A DNA stretch of 51,289 bases, filler included, from Stramenopiles sp. TOSAG23-6 (Eukaryota), in assembly GCA_900128565.1 (NCBI GenBank). It is 2 parts of 2 records of this genome, joined end to end, with 100 filler letters (N's around TTAATTAATTAA, not from the genome) between each part and the next. Parts side by side here need not be neighbours in the genome. Positions count along the whole stretch, not along the records: positions 1 to 25,622 come from LT635994.1; 1 more part is not named here. One strand, 5' to 3'. The translations under genes and the position numbers were made by a program. The notes beneath the pieces were generated by a model, which saw nothing but the letters and a program-made list of their open reading frames with translations, was not told the DNA's origin and did no database searches. Each line of letters starts with the position of its first letter. Within the stretch, counting starts at the first letter, position 1. This document shows, piece by piece, positions 1-15,000 of this stretch.

Positions 1-3000
1 AGCACTTCCATTAGTATAAGATTTTCCTCCTTGAATTTGAATACTTCCAGCATTTTCTTTGCTCGTTCCTGTCTTCAGTATCAAGTCCCCGGAAGGACCA
101 TTTGATGAGTCTCCTGTGAGTAATTTTGTCTTACCACTACGAGAAGCATCAGAACTTAAAATATCAATTGACCCGCTTAATTGATTACCTGTGCCACTAG
201 ACAGTGATACAAATCCACCTCTTATCGTTCCATTTCCTGCTTGTATGAAGACATCACTTCCAACTGAAGTTTTGCTAATTCCTACATTCATCTTTACATG
301 ACCACCATATTTGGAATATAAATTAATACTTCCACTTTTACCATTGGATGCAGTACCAGAAGTAAGAGTAGTAGCTCCACTTGAAGAGTCAGCTGCTGAA
401 GATATGAGAATATCTCCAGATTTAGAGTGTTTGCTTATACCACTTGTGATACTGATAGATCCGCCAGTATATGCTGATGAATTGCCAGAAGCAATATTCA
501 CTTCCCCACCACCAGATACAATACTTGCCTTACCAGCGCTTGCGATATCTGAGGATCCTGATAAAATTACAATAGACCCGCTACTATCCCTACTGCTATC
601 TCCTGTTTGCAATGATAATGAGCCGCTCATCCCTCCATCGGCAGTGGAAAATTGTGTAGTGCCAGTGGCCTGTGTACCACTTCCAGAGACGACACGAATA
701 TTACCTTGAAGTTCAATTCCTCCACCCCGTGTTTTTGAATCTGATGATTCAAGAAGGATAGAATTACCCGTCATTTTTATTTTACCAGATGATCCCTCCG
801 ATGCTCCACCTGAGAGTATTTGGACACTTCCACTCGTTTCAGAACTATTACCAGATGTGATCGAAACTATGCCTTTACTGTTTAATCCAATATTACCACC
901 AATAGAACCACTTGTAGAACCTGCTCTTATGTTGACTACACCTGCATCTTTATCAGANGTACCAGTTTGTATATTAATTGATCCTGCTGTAGCAGATGCG
1001 CTTCCTGTATTGATTGATACATCACCAGATTCATCATTGGTAGAATCGCCTGAAAGAAGATTTATCGTACCGCTAGTTTTTCCAGTATTACTTCTCATAT
1101 TGATATCTCCCCCAGATTCATTTCCTGAACCACTGAATACGGAAATAATACCTCCAGTTGTGGTGCTATTTCCCGACTGAATAGAAATGTATCCTCCAGC
1201 GAAATCATTTGTATACCCTGAATGCACTTGTATGTCACCACCTTTCTGTGAAGATACATTTACAATTCCAGTGACACCATTGGTAGTCGGTCCAGAGCTA
1301 AAGTCAACATCTCCGCTTGAAGAGCCAACCGATGAAGTAACATTAACATCACCAGATTTATATGTTTGACTAACACCACTTAAGACAGTAATATTTGATC
1401 CATTTGAATGCATCGATGAACCACCACTGATTTTTATAACACCCCCTTCATAATATGAGCTACCCACTTCAATATTAATGTTACCAGCCGTAGAATTTTC
1501 TGTGGAACCAGAATGTACATTTATTGCAGCACTACTATGTGTTTCGTGATTACCGGTCTTTAGTGTCAAGTTACCACTGGCATCGCCCTCTGCACTAACG
1601 AATTGTATTTTACCACTAGATTGGCTTCCTGAACCAGATGACATCACAATATTACCATAAAGTTCAACGGAACCACCATGTGTACTTGCTTTTGATGCAT
1701 TGAAAAATACTGAATTTCCATTCACGTTAACTTGACCGGGTGATCCGTTAGATGCACCACCTGACACTATTTGTATACCCCCACTTGATTGGTTACTATT
1801 AGCGGATGTGATAAAAACGTCACGTTCACTATTTAATTCAATCGATCCACCAATAGCTGAATTTGTTGAACCTGCCGTAATTTTCACTGCGGATCCTTCT
1901 GTTTCAGATATACCACTTTCTATTTCAATTGATCCAACCAAATGTTTTGCGGATGCTGTTCCAATAGCAACATTTCCTGATGGACCAATGTTGGCGTCAC
2001 CAGTAGAAAACTTAGTATTTCCCGTATCCCCATTTTCAACACGAGCTGAAAATATATCCAAAGTACCACTAGTTGTATGGGATACCCCAGTAAACACACG
2101 CACATCCCCGCCATTATTTTCAGCATTGCCAGCAGATATGTTTATTGTACTTCCACTTGATCTTTTCGATGTGTTCCCATGAATAAAAACTCCACCTACT
2201 GAAGCTTCATTTGAAGTACTCGTCATAATATGTATATGACCACTGTTGTCATTAGAATTGCTAGTATGTATATCGACTGAACCTGTTGCGGTTGTTGATA
2301 CTGGTGATTGAATACGAACATCACCAGAAGAGATTTTGCTTCTACCACTGATTATTTTTACATCCTGTGCAATCATCCCATCGCCACCTCTAATGATCGA
2401 ATTACCATCATTTCCTGGTATAATAAACGAGTCGCCTTTTGAGTTTAATTTGATATCAGCAGAGTTTGAATGCATATGACCATTCCCCGTTGCTAAACTA
2501 ATACCTCCACTTGTCTCAGCTTCTTGGGATACGACTCTGACATCGCGATTATTTTCACCTAATGTACTTGCACCGGAACTTAAAAAGATATTTGCATCTT
2601 TTAATTTAATATAGCTACCTTTCTCACCATTACGAATGTAAATATTTCCCTTGGATTGACTAGAGTCAATATGTATATTCCTGTCCTGTTCTTTGATACT
2701 CGATGACCCTACATGTATTTTTATTCCATGTGAAATGTCAGTAGTGGTAGAATTTCCCGACGAAATGTGTACGTTTCCAGATGTGCCATTATCTGCATTG
2801 CCCGAGAATACTTGAATATTTCCAGATCTACTTCCTCTAGCTGATTCAACTGTTACAGTATTTTCATTCGCAGCACCACCCTGAATAAACACATTTCCTC
2901 CCATAGATCCAAATTGATTAGTATTGGATCCGGATATTTCGACACTGCCTCCAATAAGATCGGTTTCGTCCGATGATCCTGCCATGATTTGTATATTCTT

Positions 3001-6000
3001 TGTTACATCAATGGAAACAACACCGGATGTGTCAAATGAAGATGCGCCTGAAGAAATAGCAATATTTGCGCTGCTCTTAGATGATTGTGTTGCGATTGAA
3101 ATTTTACCCCCAATTGATGTTTCACCTTCTCCAGTTTCAATAGATATATTTCCACCAGAAGAATGATTTCCAGTAGTATTACCAGCAGATATATCCACAA
3201 CTCCGCCACCATTTCTTTTGGTATGACCAACTGATATAGATATTGATGAGTTGCTATTTAATAGTGAACTTTGACCAGAACGGAGTACTAGAGAACCAGA
3301 AGAACCTTTTGTGGCTGCACCACTATTTATCATAATTTTACTTGTGCTGCTAGAGCCTTCCGAACTTGAGACAATTATATCCCCACTTTTCAAAGAACTT
3401 GCACCACCGCGTATAAATAATTTACCCCCCGGTGCGTTCTGTTTACTACTACCTGATTCAACAATTATATTTGTTTCATTATTTACATTGTTGCTTTCAC
3501 TAGTACTACTATGGATACGTATATGTCCACTGTGAGATTCTTCGGATGCGCCTGTTGTAATACCAATAGATCCGCTACTTTGTTCTGATAAACCTGACTG
3601 AATTAATACATCTCCAGTGATCAGAGAAGACGATGCCGAAGTAAGGAGTATTTCCCCACTTTCTAATTTGCCAGTACCACTGAATAAGTCAATACTACCA
3701 CTTATATTATCAGAGGATCCTGCTGCAAATGAAACACTCCCACCCGAAGTTGTAGTTTCAGTACTTTTACCAACAATAAGTTCGATGGAATTTTCTTCTT
3801 TTCCTGCAGAACTTCCAGTGAAGACTGAAATATTTCCAGTTAATCCAGATATAGAAGTACCAGTAAATATTTTTACGGAGTTACTTTCTACAGATTCTGA
3901 TGTGAAAATGTCCAATTCGCCAGATGTACCCCAAATTTCAGCGTTAGTACTATGCCCTGATTGAATTCGAACAGCACCGTTTTCCTTTTCACTTGACCCA
4001 GAAGTTAATCTCACCAGCCCTCCATTACTTTGGTTTGAGTTACCTCCATTAATACTAACACTTGCAGAATCCTGAAATACGAAATTTCCATCTCCAGCAG
4101 CGATGAAAACTGTTCCGCCGTTATTTTCCTTTGAAGATCCACTCTGAAGAAATAATTTGCCACTTGTGGACCCAACATCCGTATGAATATCAACATCTGC
4201 TCCCTGAACAGTAAAGTTTCCATCAGATCCAGTTTGCTTTGGACTAGTTGACAAGCCCACAGATATTTTTATTGGTTTTCCAGCCCTATTAGATTCCCCT
4301 GTATTTAATAAGATATTTCCTGAATTTAATGTTGAACTGCCAGATTTCACCTCAACTATACCCGACTGACCTTCAGTACTAACACCAGTGGAAATACGCA
4401 CAATACCAGAGCTTCTATTCGCCTCGGGAGTATGTATACTAATATCACCACCATGAGCAGCATTCAATGTAGAGTTGCCACCCATTCCTTTAATTGATTC
4501 ACTTTGATTTTGTTTAATTGAATTTTCACCAGCTATTAAAGTTATATTATTGGCATTTACATTTGACATTCCAGATGAAAATGATATAGAGCCACCCAAT
4601 TTATTATTAGTAGATGACCCGTTACCAGTTGAAAATAGAACACCTCCAGATAATCCATTTAGCGCATTTCCCGTTTTTAACACAGCATCACCAGATGACA
4701 TACCCGAATGTGTGCCTAACGATACACCGCCACTGGGTAACATACCTGAGGACCCAGATGATATTGCAACATTACCATCCATTTTCCAATTTTTAATTTG
4801 ACCTATAGACTCTCCGCCATGAATGCGCACATTACCAGAGATTGCTCTGTTGTGAGCAACACCTGCAGATAAATGAATACTACCTGAATTTCCTGAAACA
4901 GATGTCCCTGAAATTACGTTTACACTTCCTGTAGCCGTGTCTTGGACTGAACCGCTGCCAATACGAATACTACCCGTACGCGAGCTAGTAGAAGAACTAA
5001 TAGAGACAACATCATTTTCAGAAATAAGGCCAACTCCTGCACCAATTCCATCTGATGAATTCCCAGCTGATATTTCTACAGCACCACCCAAGGTATCTAC
5101 TCCTACTTCATTTGATATCTGGGAAGATCCAGAAATATTCAGATTTCCGCCATCATTTTTTTCAGAAGACCCAGGTTTGAGCACAATACCCGAAGTATTT
5201 AATGTCATTTTACTATCACCCGTGGTAATATATATACCCCCAGCTATAGAATGTTGAGTATGATCTGACTCACTCGAGAACGTCACATTTCCAGATACCT
5301 CAAAACCGTCACCACTGGTGAGCTCAAGGGTTCCTCCTTGAGAAAGTGAAGAACTTCCTGTAATAACGTTAATATCAGAGCCTTTCAGAAATCCCATACC
5401 GCTTTTTATTTTCACAGAGCCACCTGAAGAGTTATTGGATGAACCTGACACAATATCAATAGAATTTGATGTTTCTAATTTGATATTTCCAGTATTCAAT
5501 GATGCATTTACAGATGATATAACTACATCACCAGTTTTTTCTGTGTTGCTCTTACCGGCTACTACAGATAAACCACCGCTAGTATTATCAACCGATGAAC
5601 CTATGCGAAATGTAATATTTGCTCCTTCAGTTGTAGAATTACCAGGTAATATAGCTATTTCTCCACTTTCAATAGCACTTTTTGTCTTGATGACAATATC
5701 GCCACTTTGTATTCCAGATTGGGTATTTATTGCAATAACACCTGAATTATTCTCATTATGAAATGTTTTTACGGCAACATTACCACTTTGTCCTGCTGTA
5801 GTACTTCTCAAGTTTATATTGCCTCCTTTTGAATCATTATCTATCCCACGACCACCATCAATTAAGACACTGATATCATCCATGTTTCCACTTGCTTTCA
5901 AAGAAAATGAACCACCAACACTTTTTTCGCCCGATTTACCGCTTATAAGTTCTATGTTACCTGTGCCTTCATCTAATGATGTTCCTGTGCCAATATGTAT

Positions 6001-9000
6001 ATCCCCACTGTCATCTATAGCATTTGGTGATAAAAGCTTTACTTCACCACTTGAATAACCATCTGCACTTGACATGCCAAGAAATCCACCAACATCATTA
6101 ATAGAGTCCCCCGTTGTTACTTCAACGTTACCTCCGAACAATGATGCTGTTTTCGAATTTCTTTCGGAACCTCCAGATATAATAATCGACCCAGCGGAAT
6201 TATTTGAGGAATTTCCAGTGGAGAGGGAAAGTTGACCACTTGATGCACTTGATGTCCCACTTGATAGTACAACATATCCGGTTGAGCCATATTTTGAATC
6301 ACCTGTTGTAACATTAGCAGCTCCAGAATCTATACTCGAAGTATTTGTCTCCAGTGTCATATTTCCACTTGTTTTGCCCTCATGTGTGCTTCCAGATAAA
6401 GCAACAACATCACCGCCTTTACCTGTTGCAGAAAACATTTTCCCTCCAGTTATCGATAATTGGGCACCCTTTTTGAATGTAGACTTTCCTACTCCAATTT
6501 GGATCTCGCCTGAAGATGCATCCATTGAAACTGCTGTTCGAAATGATACAATACCAGAGATTCCTTTCGATGAATCACCTGTGACAATAGACATATTTCC
6601 GGAATTTGTATTCGGAAATGACTCAGAAGATGATAGTGATTCTATTATCATATGTCCACTATTTAAATTTTGAGTACCAGTAGATAAAATAACATTCCCT
6701 CCGTCAGAATTATGCTTCGTTGAAATGCCCCCTTTAATGGACACAGTTCCGGCAGATTCTCCACCTGATTCACCAACAGTAACAAAGATGCCTCCAGAAT
6801 TGTCTCGAACTGATCTACCAGAAAACATTTTTATATCCCCTGATTTGCCCGAGAAAGATGAGCCCGATTGAATATCGATACTTCCGGATATACCATTATG
6901 ATCTACACTTCCTGAAGATGATATACTCACAGTGCCACTTTCATACTCACTACGCCCTGTTTCAAAGTGAAGCGCTCCTCCATACCCATGTCCATTTACA
7001 TTTCCAGCAACCAAAACAATCGAGCCACCATTTTTTCCCTTACTTGAACCAACATTCATTGAAATATCTCCACTATTACCTGAAGAAGAAATGCCTGATT
7101 TCAAAATCACATCTCCGCTTATTCCAGAATTTGTTGAACCAGAGGCAATAAATATGGGACCACTTGATTGATTCGAGGATTTACCCGTCGCAACCGATAT
7201 TTTGCCTGTATCATACACATCAGAATACACAGAAGAAAAGTTGACGTGCCCACTTGTATCTTCATCGCTCATTCCAGAGTAAACAATAATACTGCCACCT
7301 TTCTTCGTCGATTTTGCTGAATTTGACTTTGTACTGCCCCCAACAACTGAAACACTGGCTCCGTTTCCTGATGAAGAAACACCAGCTGAAATATTTATTG
7401 ATGCGGTATCTTTTGAATTACCTGATGTTATTGCTACATCGCCCGAAGCCCCTGTTGGTGCATCGCCAGTAATCAGAGACAACCTACCTGAAAATGTATC
7501 CTGTCTACCTTCAATAACTGCCGATGTTGATACTTTAATGTGTCCACTCTCCATTACCCCAGTACCACTACTCAAACGTAAAGAACCCCCAGTAGATGAT
7601 TTCCCTATTGCTAGACCTCCGCGAATACTTAAGTTCCCTGTAGAAGAGCTGTCTCTACTTATACCGACACCTAAAGTAACATCGCCAGAATTTTCATGTG
7701 CTGAATCGCCAGATAAAATACTTACATTTCCAGAGTCCCCTTTGACCGATGATCCTGTCTGAATAATCGTAGCCCCGGATATTCCATTGGTACCGCCACT
7801 GCCGGAAGACAAGGAAGCACTTCCGCTATTCCTAGGTCCACGACCCGTTTCAAAACGAAGAGCACCTCCATTTCCATCTCCATTTGCATTTCCAGCAACA
7901 ATCGCAATCGATCCACCTCTTGACAAGTCACCTTCTCCAGCACTGATATAAACACTACTTCCTTCGCCAACGGATGAATATCCTGTGCGTACAGATACAC
8001 TTCCACTTGACGAATTATGTGCATCACCAGTCCGAAAAATAATAGGTCCACTGGAACCATCAGCTGACTTCCCTGTTACTATAGACATAATTCCGCTGCT
8101 ACCAGGAGATGTGACACTAGATGATATAGATGTGAAAGAAATGCTACCACTTGAATATTGTTTTCCCTTCCCCGACAAAACAACAACGCTTCCTCCTCGA
8201 GTACCTGTTCTGTGTGCTCCAATCATCTCAACGTCCATGCTTCCAAGATTCATCATACTTCCACGAGATTCAACACTATGACCAGTTGCAATTGATACCG
8301 TACCGGTTCGACGCTCATCAGATGAACCAGATTTTATGTCAACTTTGCCTGAATGGGAATTACTCTTACCTGTGCGCAATTCAACTGACCCACTCTTAAC
8401 ATGATTCCCACTTGCTGTTGATATATCAAATCTTCCAGAATTTAATTCACTTGATGCACCTGTTTTCATTCGAATTTCATATCCTTTAGTAGATTTCTTT
8501 GAGTAGTCTGGTAATGCTTCAATGTGTAGATTTCCTGCCAATAATTCTTCACTACTCCCTATAGAAAGCGTTACATCTCCAGCATTTCCACGATTTGTGT
8601 CATCAGTTTTTATTGTAATGTTGCCAGCTTTCCCAGCACCATGATGTATTCCAGTAGTAAGTGAAATGTTACCACTATAACCGGTGTCGGACTCGCCAGT
8701 ACCCACGAACAATGAACCAGTGTGAGAATTATTCAAATCATCACTGTTGCCTGTTATTATCGATGTTATTCCTGTAGATCTCTCGAAACTACCTGAACTA
8801 GCGTTTAAAGACCCACTCTCGACAATAATGGAACCTCCAATTTTCGAATGGGAAATACCGGATGCAATATTAATTGGTGCGCTAAAATCTAACTTCGAGC
8901 GTCCACTTTTGATATGTATGACTGCACCATCATGGTATTGTGTTGCGCCGACAGATAAAGTCATTGATCCTGAGTTCTCTAGTTTGCTTTTTCCTGTCTT

Positions 9001-12000
9001 AATATGAATGTGCGAACTTGACGATTGTCTTGAATCAGGCGAAAAAACATGAACATCTCCGCTACCCATTCCTTGTTTTTCAGTTAAACCGCCGCTTTGT
9101 ATATCAATTGACCCCCCGTCTGAATTAGTACTTGACCCAGCAGATATATCTAAATGTCCTGACTGAACAATAGCGCTCCCTGTACTAATATTTATATCTC
9201 CACTATCAGAATGATATGTTGCGTCACCAGTTTGAAATTCAATGTGTCCACTGTTGACTGCTGTTTCCGATGATCGAACCAATATCTCACCTGATGTATA
9301 ACCATCACCACTAGATAGTTCAATAGAACCTCCTACATTATTTCCGCTGACAATGTTCGCATCTACATCACCAGCACGAATGATAACACTTCGAGGTGCA
9401 TTATATGCATCCAATATATCTTTTTTTGATTCACTATCATTTTTGGTATTACCAGCGGCAATGTAAATAGACCCAGCAGTTCCGTTTTCCGCAAAAGATC
9501 TACCAGAGTTGATTGTTATATTACCAGATCTGTCTTTTATACTATTTCCTGTTTTAAAAGTAATTCTACCACTGGCACCTTTAATCCCACCTTCCCAATA
9601 TTCTGTTGCATTATCAGAAGAAATAGATAGACTGGCACTTTGTCCTGGAGTGTTCGGACCTATATTGAGCCTTCTTTGAACAGACTGAAGCGCCGAAAGA
9701 AGATCCATAGTAATTGCAATTTTGTCAACTTCATGAAAGTTATCACGGGAAAAATTTGTGTTTGATAGTCGAAACTTTTCAGTTGTATAAACATGTTCTG
9801 GGAAAATAGATTTTACTTGCTGGGCGATAATTCCTCTAACTTGATGTTTTACCCCATAGTCACCAGAGTCGAGGTGTCGTACTCTAGCCCAATCAGGGGT
9901 ATATCTATACTTTTTCATTTTTAGATCTTGAAGTCTTTGTAATATGCTATCTACATCTTGGTTTTCAATATTTTTTTTAATTCTCTCATCTGAAACATCT
10001 TGTGGATAAATCTGCGCAGGGACATGCATGAGTACTTTGTCTTTCCATACTCTAAACACTGTTGTTCCTTGTTTAGATTTATCTGTACCACCCTCAGAAC
10101 GCTCACCCCCGGCATTAACGTTTGCAAGTTCGTGACGAACACTGAACTCTCCGGTGGACTCTACAAGGTTTAGCGACACATCGAAACCACTATATATTCT
10201 AACATCATGACTATCTGTATTTGTAGACAGAGATAATGCACCTCTACCTGATAATTTCATAAAACTACCAGACTTATTACCTTTTAATTCGATATTTCCA
10301 TATTCCTCGTTTGAATCTCCGTGGCCTTTTCCCGGTTGCACGGTAACACTACCACCAACGGAAGTCAAAGAATCCCCCCCAAAAATTTTGATGGAACTGC
10401 TACTGCAAATACCACAAGCTTGTCGGCAGTTTAGAAGAATATCATTTTGACCAATATCAGAATATCCATATAGAGATTTTGCATTTTTGCATGAACGACT
10501 ATTCCAAGATAAGCATTTGTCACCTTTTTCATCGGTGAAATCAATTGTGTCGCAACATTCGCCAGTTCCGCAAATACCAACGGATGTTCCCGTCGAAAGG
10601 ACAATACTACCGCTCTTACCTTTATTGTTATTAGCAGTTTCAACTGTAAACCCCCCACTAAGATGTGTAGATTCCCCAGTCAGTATGTCAATTTTACCAC
10701 CTTGTTCAAAATCAGAGTTTGTTTGGCCAGCAATTACGGTAATATTTCCACCGTTTTCGATATCAACGGAACCACCTGAAAATGTGATGTTTCCAGCAGT
10801 ATTACTGGCAGCTGCTGTTTCAATATAGATACTACCAGGTACTGAAGACGTTGAATCTCCAGTCTCCAGAATTATGTTTCCTCCTGCAAAAGTCCTACCA
10901 ACTAAAGAACCACTCAAAACAGGACTATCGCCAGTGGCGATTGAGATAGACCCACCTTTGTCACTGGTCGAAATTCCGGCAAAAATATTTACATCTGATC
11001 CCGTATAGGTATCTGTGTTACCGCCGGAAAGATTGATATCACCACCTGTGGGAGTTTCAATGATTATTGGTGCAGATGAATCGGAGCTTGCTAATCCTGT
11101 CTTAATTTTTAAATCATTACTTTTACCATTGAAAATACCATCACCTGTTTGTATCATTATACCGCCACTTTTATCTATGTCCTTTGAGTCTAATGTCGTT
11201 GTGCCACTCTTAATACTAATGGAACCTCCTTTTGTATTCTTAGTAATAGCAGCACCGGATTTTAGGATAATCGAACCGCCACTTAAATTTGGTGTTGTGA
11301 TCGATTCCCCAATAGATAAACCGGTAGCAATCGAAATGCTCCCGCCTGAGCCTCTTGCAGACGACCCACTAACAAGAGATACATAGCTAGAGTTTAATGT
11401 TTCTTCAAAAGAATCTCCTGTCACTAGCTCGATATTTCCTGTGGATAATGCGCCTTCTTCTGGTGATGTAAATGCAGAATACCCTGTTTTAACTTCAATA
11501 GACCCGGTTGATGTTGTAATCGGATCAAGATTCCTTACTGATTCACCAGAACCTTTTCCAGTTGACACATTAATTTCACCAGATGCAGCAGAGTACGGAA
11601 CTACAATTTTTACTTTTCCAGATTGCAAATAACTCTCCCCTGTTGATATCAACGTGTCCCCACCGAGTTTAGCAGATTGTGAAGTTACAGTTGCTTCACC
11701 AGCTGAAAACTCAATGCTTCCACCATTTCCAAATGTAGTACTAGCACCTATACCCGAAGTTAAAACTTGATCCCATGGCTTGTTGGGCACAGTTCCACTT
11801 GCAAAGATAATATCTCCACTAAAGTCACCAGCAGCGCCACCAGTAGAAATCGACATACTTCCTACGGTAGTCCAATTAGATCCTGCATTTAAACATTCTT
11901 TCTTTGTTTTATAATTATTGTTTTCACAAACACCACTTCTAGCGCCATTATCCTTTAAAATATCCTTATTTGAACCAGTCTGAATTACAAGAGAACCAGA

Positions 12001-15000
12001 CATTGAAGATTTTGCCGTGTTTACCGTAATGTCACCAGAAATTCCAACATCTTCATCAGATGTAAAATAAGTTTTACCAGATACAATATCGATATCTCCT
12101 CCCACATGATCGAACAAATCCTCAGTTTCTACCATAATACTCCCTGCAAAAATATCGACATTGCCTGTGGAAACTCCACCAGCTTCTTTCTCTGACAGTG
12201 CGTCACCTACTTTTATGCTCATTGAGTTGCCACCCGGCGAACTTTTATTTGATCCCGTATTCATGGAAATACTACCTGAGCGTGTCCATGTATACCCCGC
12301 GGTAATGCATTCATCTTTATCAAGGATATTAACATCTAAACATCTACCCATAACACTATTCGGAGAGGAAGCAGATGTTTCAAATACAATTGAACCCGAG
12401 GTAAAATCATCAGAAGTATCAATATTTATGCTTCCACTAGCAGCCTTTTCTGTATTACTAATACCTGTCGATAATATAATATCACCACCAGTTCCTACAT
12501 TTTTATTATCTCGATTTCTTGTTTCCCCAGCTTCTATACTTATATTTGAAGAAGTTTCTCCAAGTCCACCTTTCATCCTAAATTCTCCAGCTTTTGTATT
12601 TGCATTTCCAGTTTTCAGTAAAACACTTCCTACAGAAACATTTTGCCTAGATGGTGAAATGACATTACCAGAAGATATTCGAAAAGCACCGGATTCACCC
12701 CCAGTCACCGTCTGTTGTTTTGTTTCTAGTTTGACATCCCCACTTGTACCAGAGGATACACCCTTCCCAGTTTTTACATGAATATACCCACCAGACATTT
12801 TTTGAGCTTTACTACGCCCTCCACCTATAAAAAGTTCCCCAATAGATGTACTACTCGTACCTGTACGAAATAAAATACCAGCAGCTTGGCCAGAATGAGC
12901 ATGTCCAGTATGCAATGTAATATTACCTGAATTAGATGCAAAGCCTTTACCAGTAGAAATACCAAATGACCCGGATACTCTCGAAGTAGATGTAGTCATA
13001 CTTATTCCACCACTATGACCAGTATTCCCAATACCCGAAGCTAACTTAAATGAGCCACCTTGAAAACCATCATCAATTGATACACTATTTCCTGCAACGA
13101 AGGAAACGCGGCCTCCTTTTGTAGAAGCACTTCCAGTACTTAGTGAAATCGAACCTGAATTTGTTTCACTAGAAATACCATTACCCGTTTCAATATCCAA
13201 ACTTCCGGACATTCCCTTATTTGCGGCACCCGAGTAAAGCGAAATAACACCTGATTTACCTAAAACTCCACTATCTGGTGTTTTTATATCCAGATTTCCA
13301 CTACTAGATTTTTTGTTCATTCCAGATGTTACTTTCGTATTTCCACCATGAACATTACCAGCACTTGAAATATCACCAGCAGAAATTTTTATTCCGGCAC
13401 CGATAAGCTTTTTAGCTACACCTCCAGAAATATGTATTGAACCAGCAGCACTAGTTGATGATACCGTGTTGCCCGTTGCAAATACTAAATGACCTGTATT
13501 TGTATTTTCGTGCACACTATTTCCAGTGGCGATAGAAATCAGTCCACTGGAGCCCATACTTCCTCCATTAACGGTGATTAATTTAATATCTCCACTTGAA
13601 CTCTTGGCACTAAATCCAGACAATACATTAACATTACCTCCAGATGCAATCGAATTTGAATTGCCAGCATCAAAAGACAAATATCCACCTTCTTCGCCGT
13701 TTTCGTTAGCTCCAACTAAAACATTTATACTACCACTAGAGCCGTAAGTTGCCTTACCAGTATGTAAAGTAATTTTACCAGAATTTCCACCTTTTGCTTT
13801 ACCTGTATGAAGAGATATGCTGCCGCTATTACCTAATATACCCCCTTGTGATGATACAACAGAGATTAATCCAGATGTACCCTTTGATGAAACATTCCCC
13901 GTATATATACCGACTTCTCCACCAATGTATTGTCCGTTGACGCTTCCAGCACCAATAAAAAGTTTCCCACTCATTTTACCTTCATTTGTTGTAGCGTCTC
14001 CGACAAAAACATTTACATCACCTGCTTTATCACCCATTGCATTTTCAGTGTTAACGGTAATATCACCAGCATTGCCCTGTACAGAATTTCCAGTATAAAC
14101 GTCCAAATGACCACTTTTTCCATTTTCCCCATCAATATCAGATGTTGCGAATACGACATTGCCACTTCCAGATTTGTATGTTGACCCACTTTGTAATAAT
14201 ACTCCGCCACCATTTCCATTTTTGGATTTTCCTGCTGTAATCAAGATATCCCCAGTTTCTTTATCCTTTATCTCTTTACCAACTTGTAACGTAATATTAG
14301 ACGGGATGCGAGACACATCTGTTTTCAATATGATACTCCCACTCGCTCCTTTTTCAGCATGACTTGTTTCAATAGTAATTTTTCCCGACATTCCACTTGT
14401 ACCGCTATTTTGAGAAAGAATCTTAATATTTCCACTGGACGTTTTTGTAGCATACCCTGAGATGAAGTTCACATATCCACCAGATGATGCCATTTCAGAC
14501 ACTGTATTAGTTTTTGCACCACCTTTAATGCTGACATGTCCTCCGCTTAGTGGGCCAGATCCCAACCCGGATTGAATGAAAATATTACCGCCTTTACCAG
14601 ATGAAGCGATATATGAATTTAAACGAATGTCACCCGAAATACCGTTTGATGAAGTTCCTGTAGAAATGTTCAAACTTCCACTAACTCCAGAGTTTTTTCC
14701 TGGGCTTTCAGAATATACATTTAGTATTCCACTTGTTGCCCCATTCCCTAAACCTTCGCCGGTATGAAGTGTAACTACACCCCCAGTACTTTCATCATTA
14801 GTACTACCTGCACTAATGACGATATTACCTCCAGATGTATCACTATCAACGCCGATTTCATTCATTCCAACTTGAATTGTCAAATCTCCAGACTTTCCAA
14901 TTTTCGCGAGTCCTGTTTCTAACTTAATATTACCACTATTTTTCTGGTGACCTACGCCTGTCATCATAGTCATAGAACCACTCACACCGGAGACGCCTGA

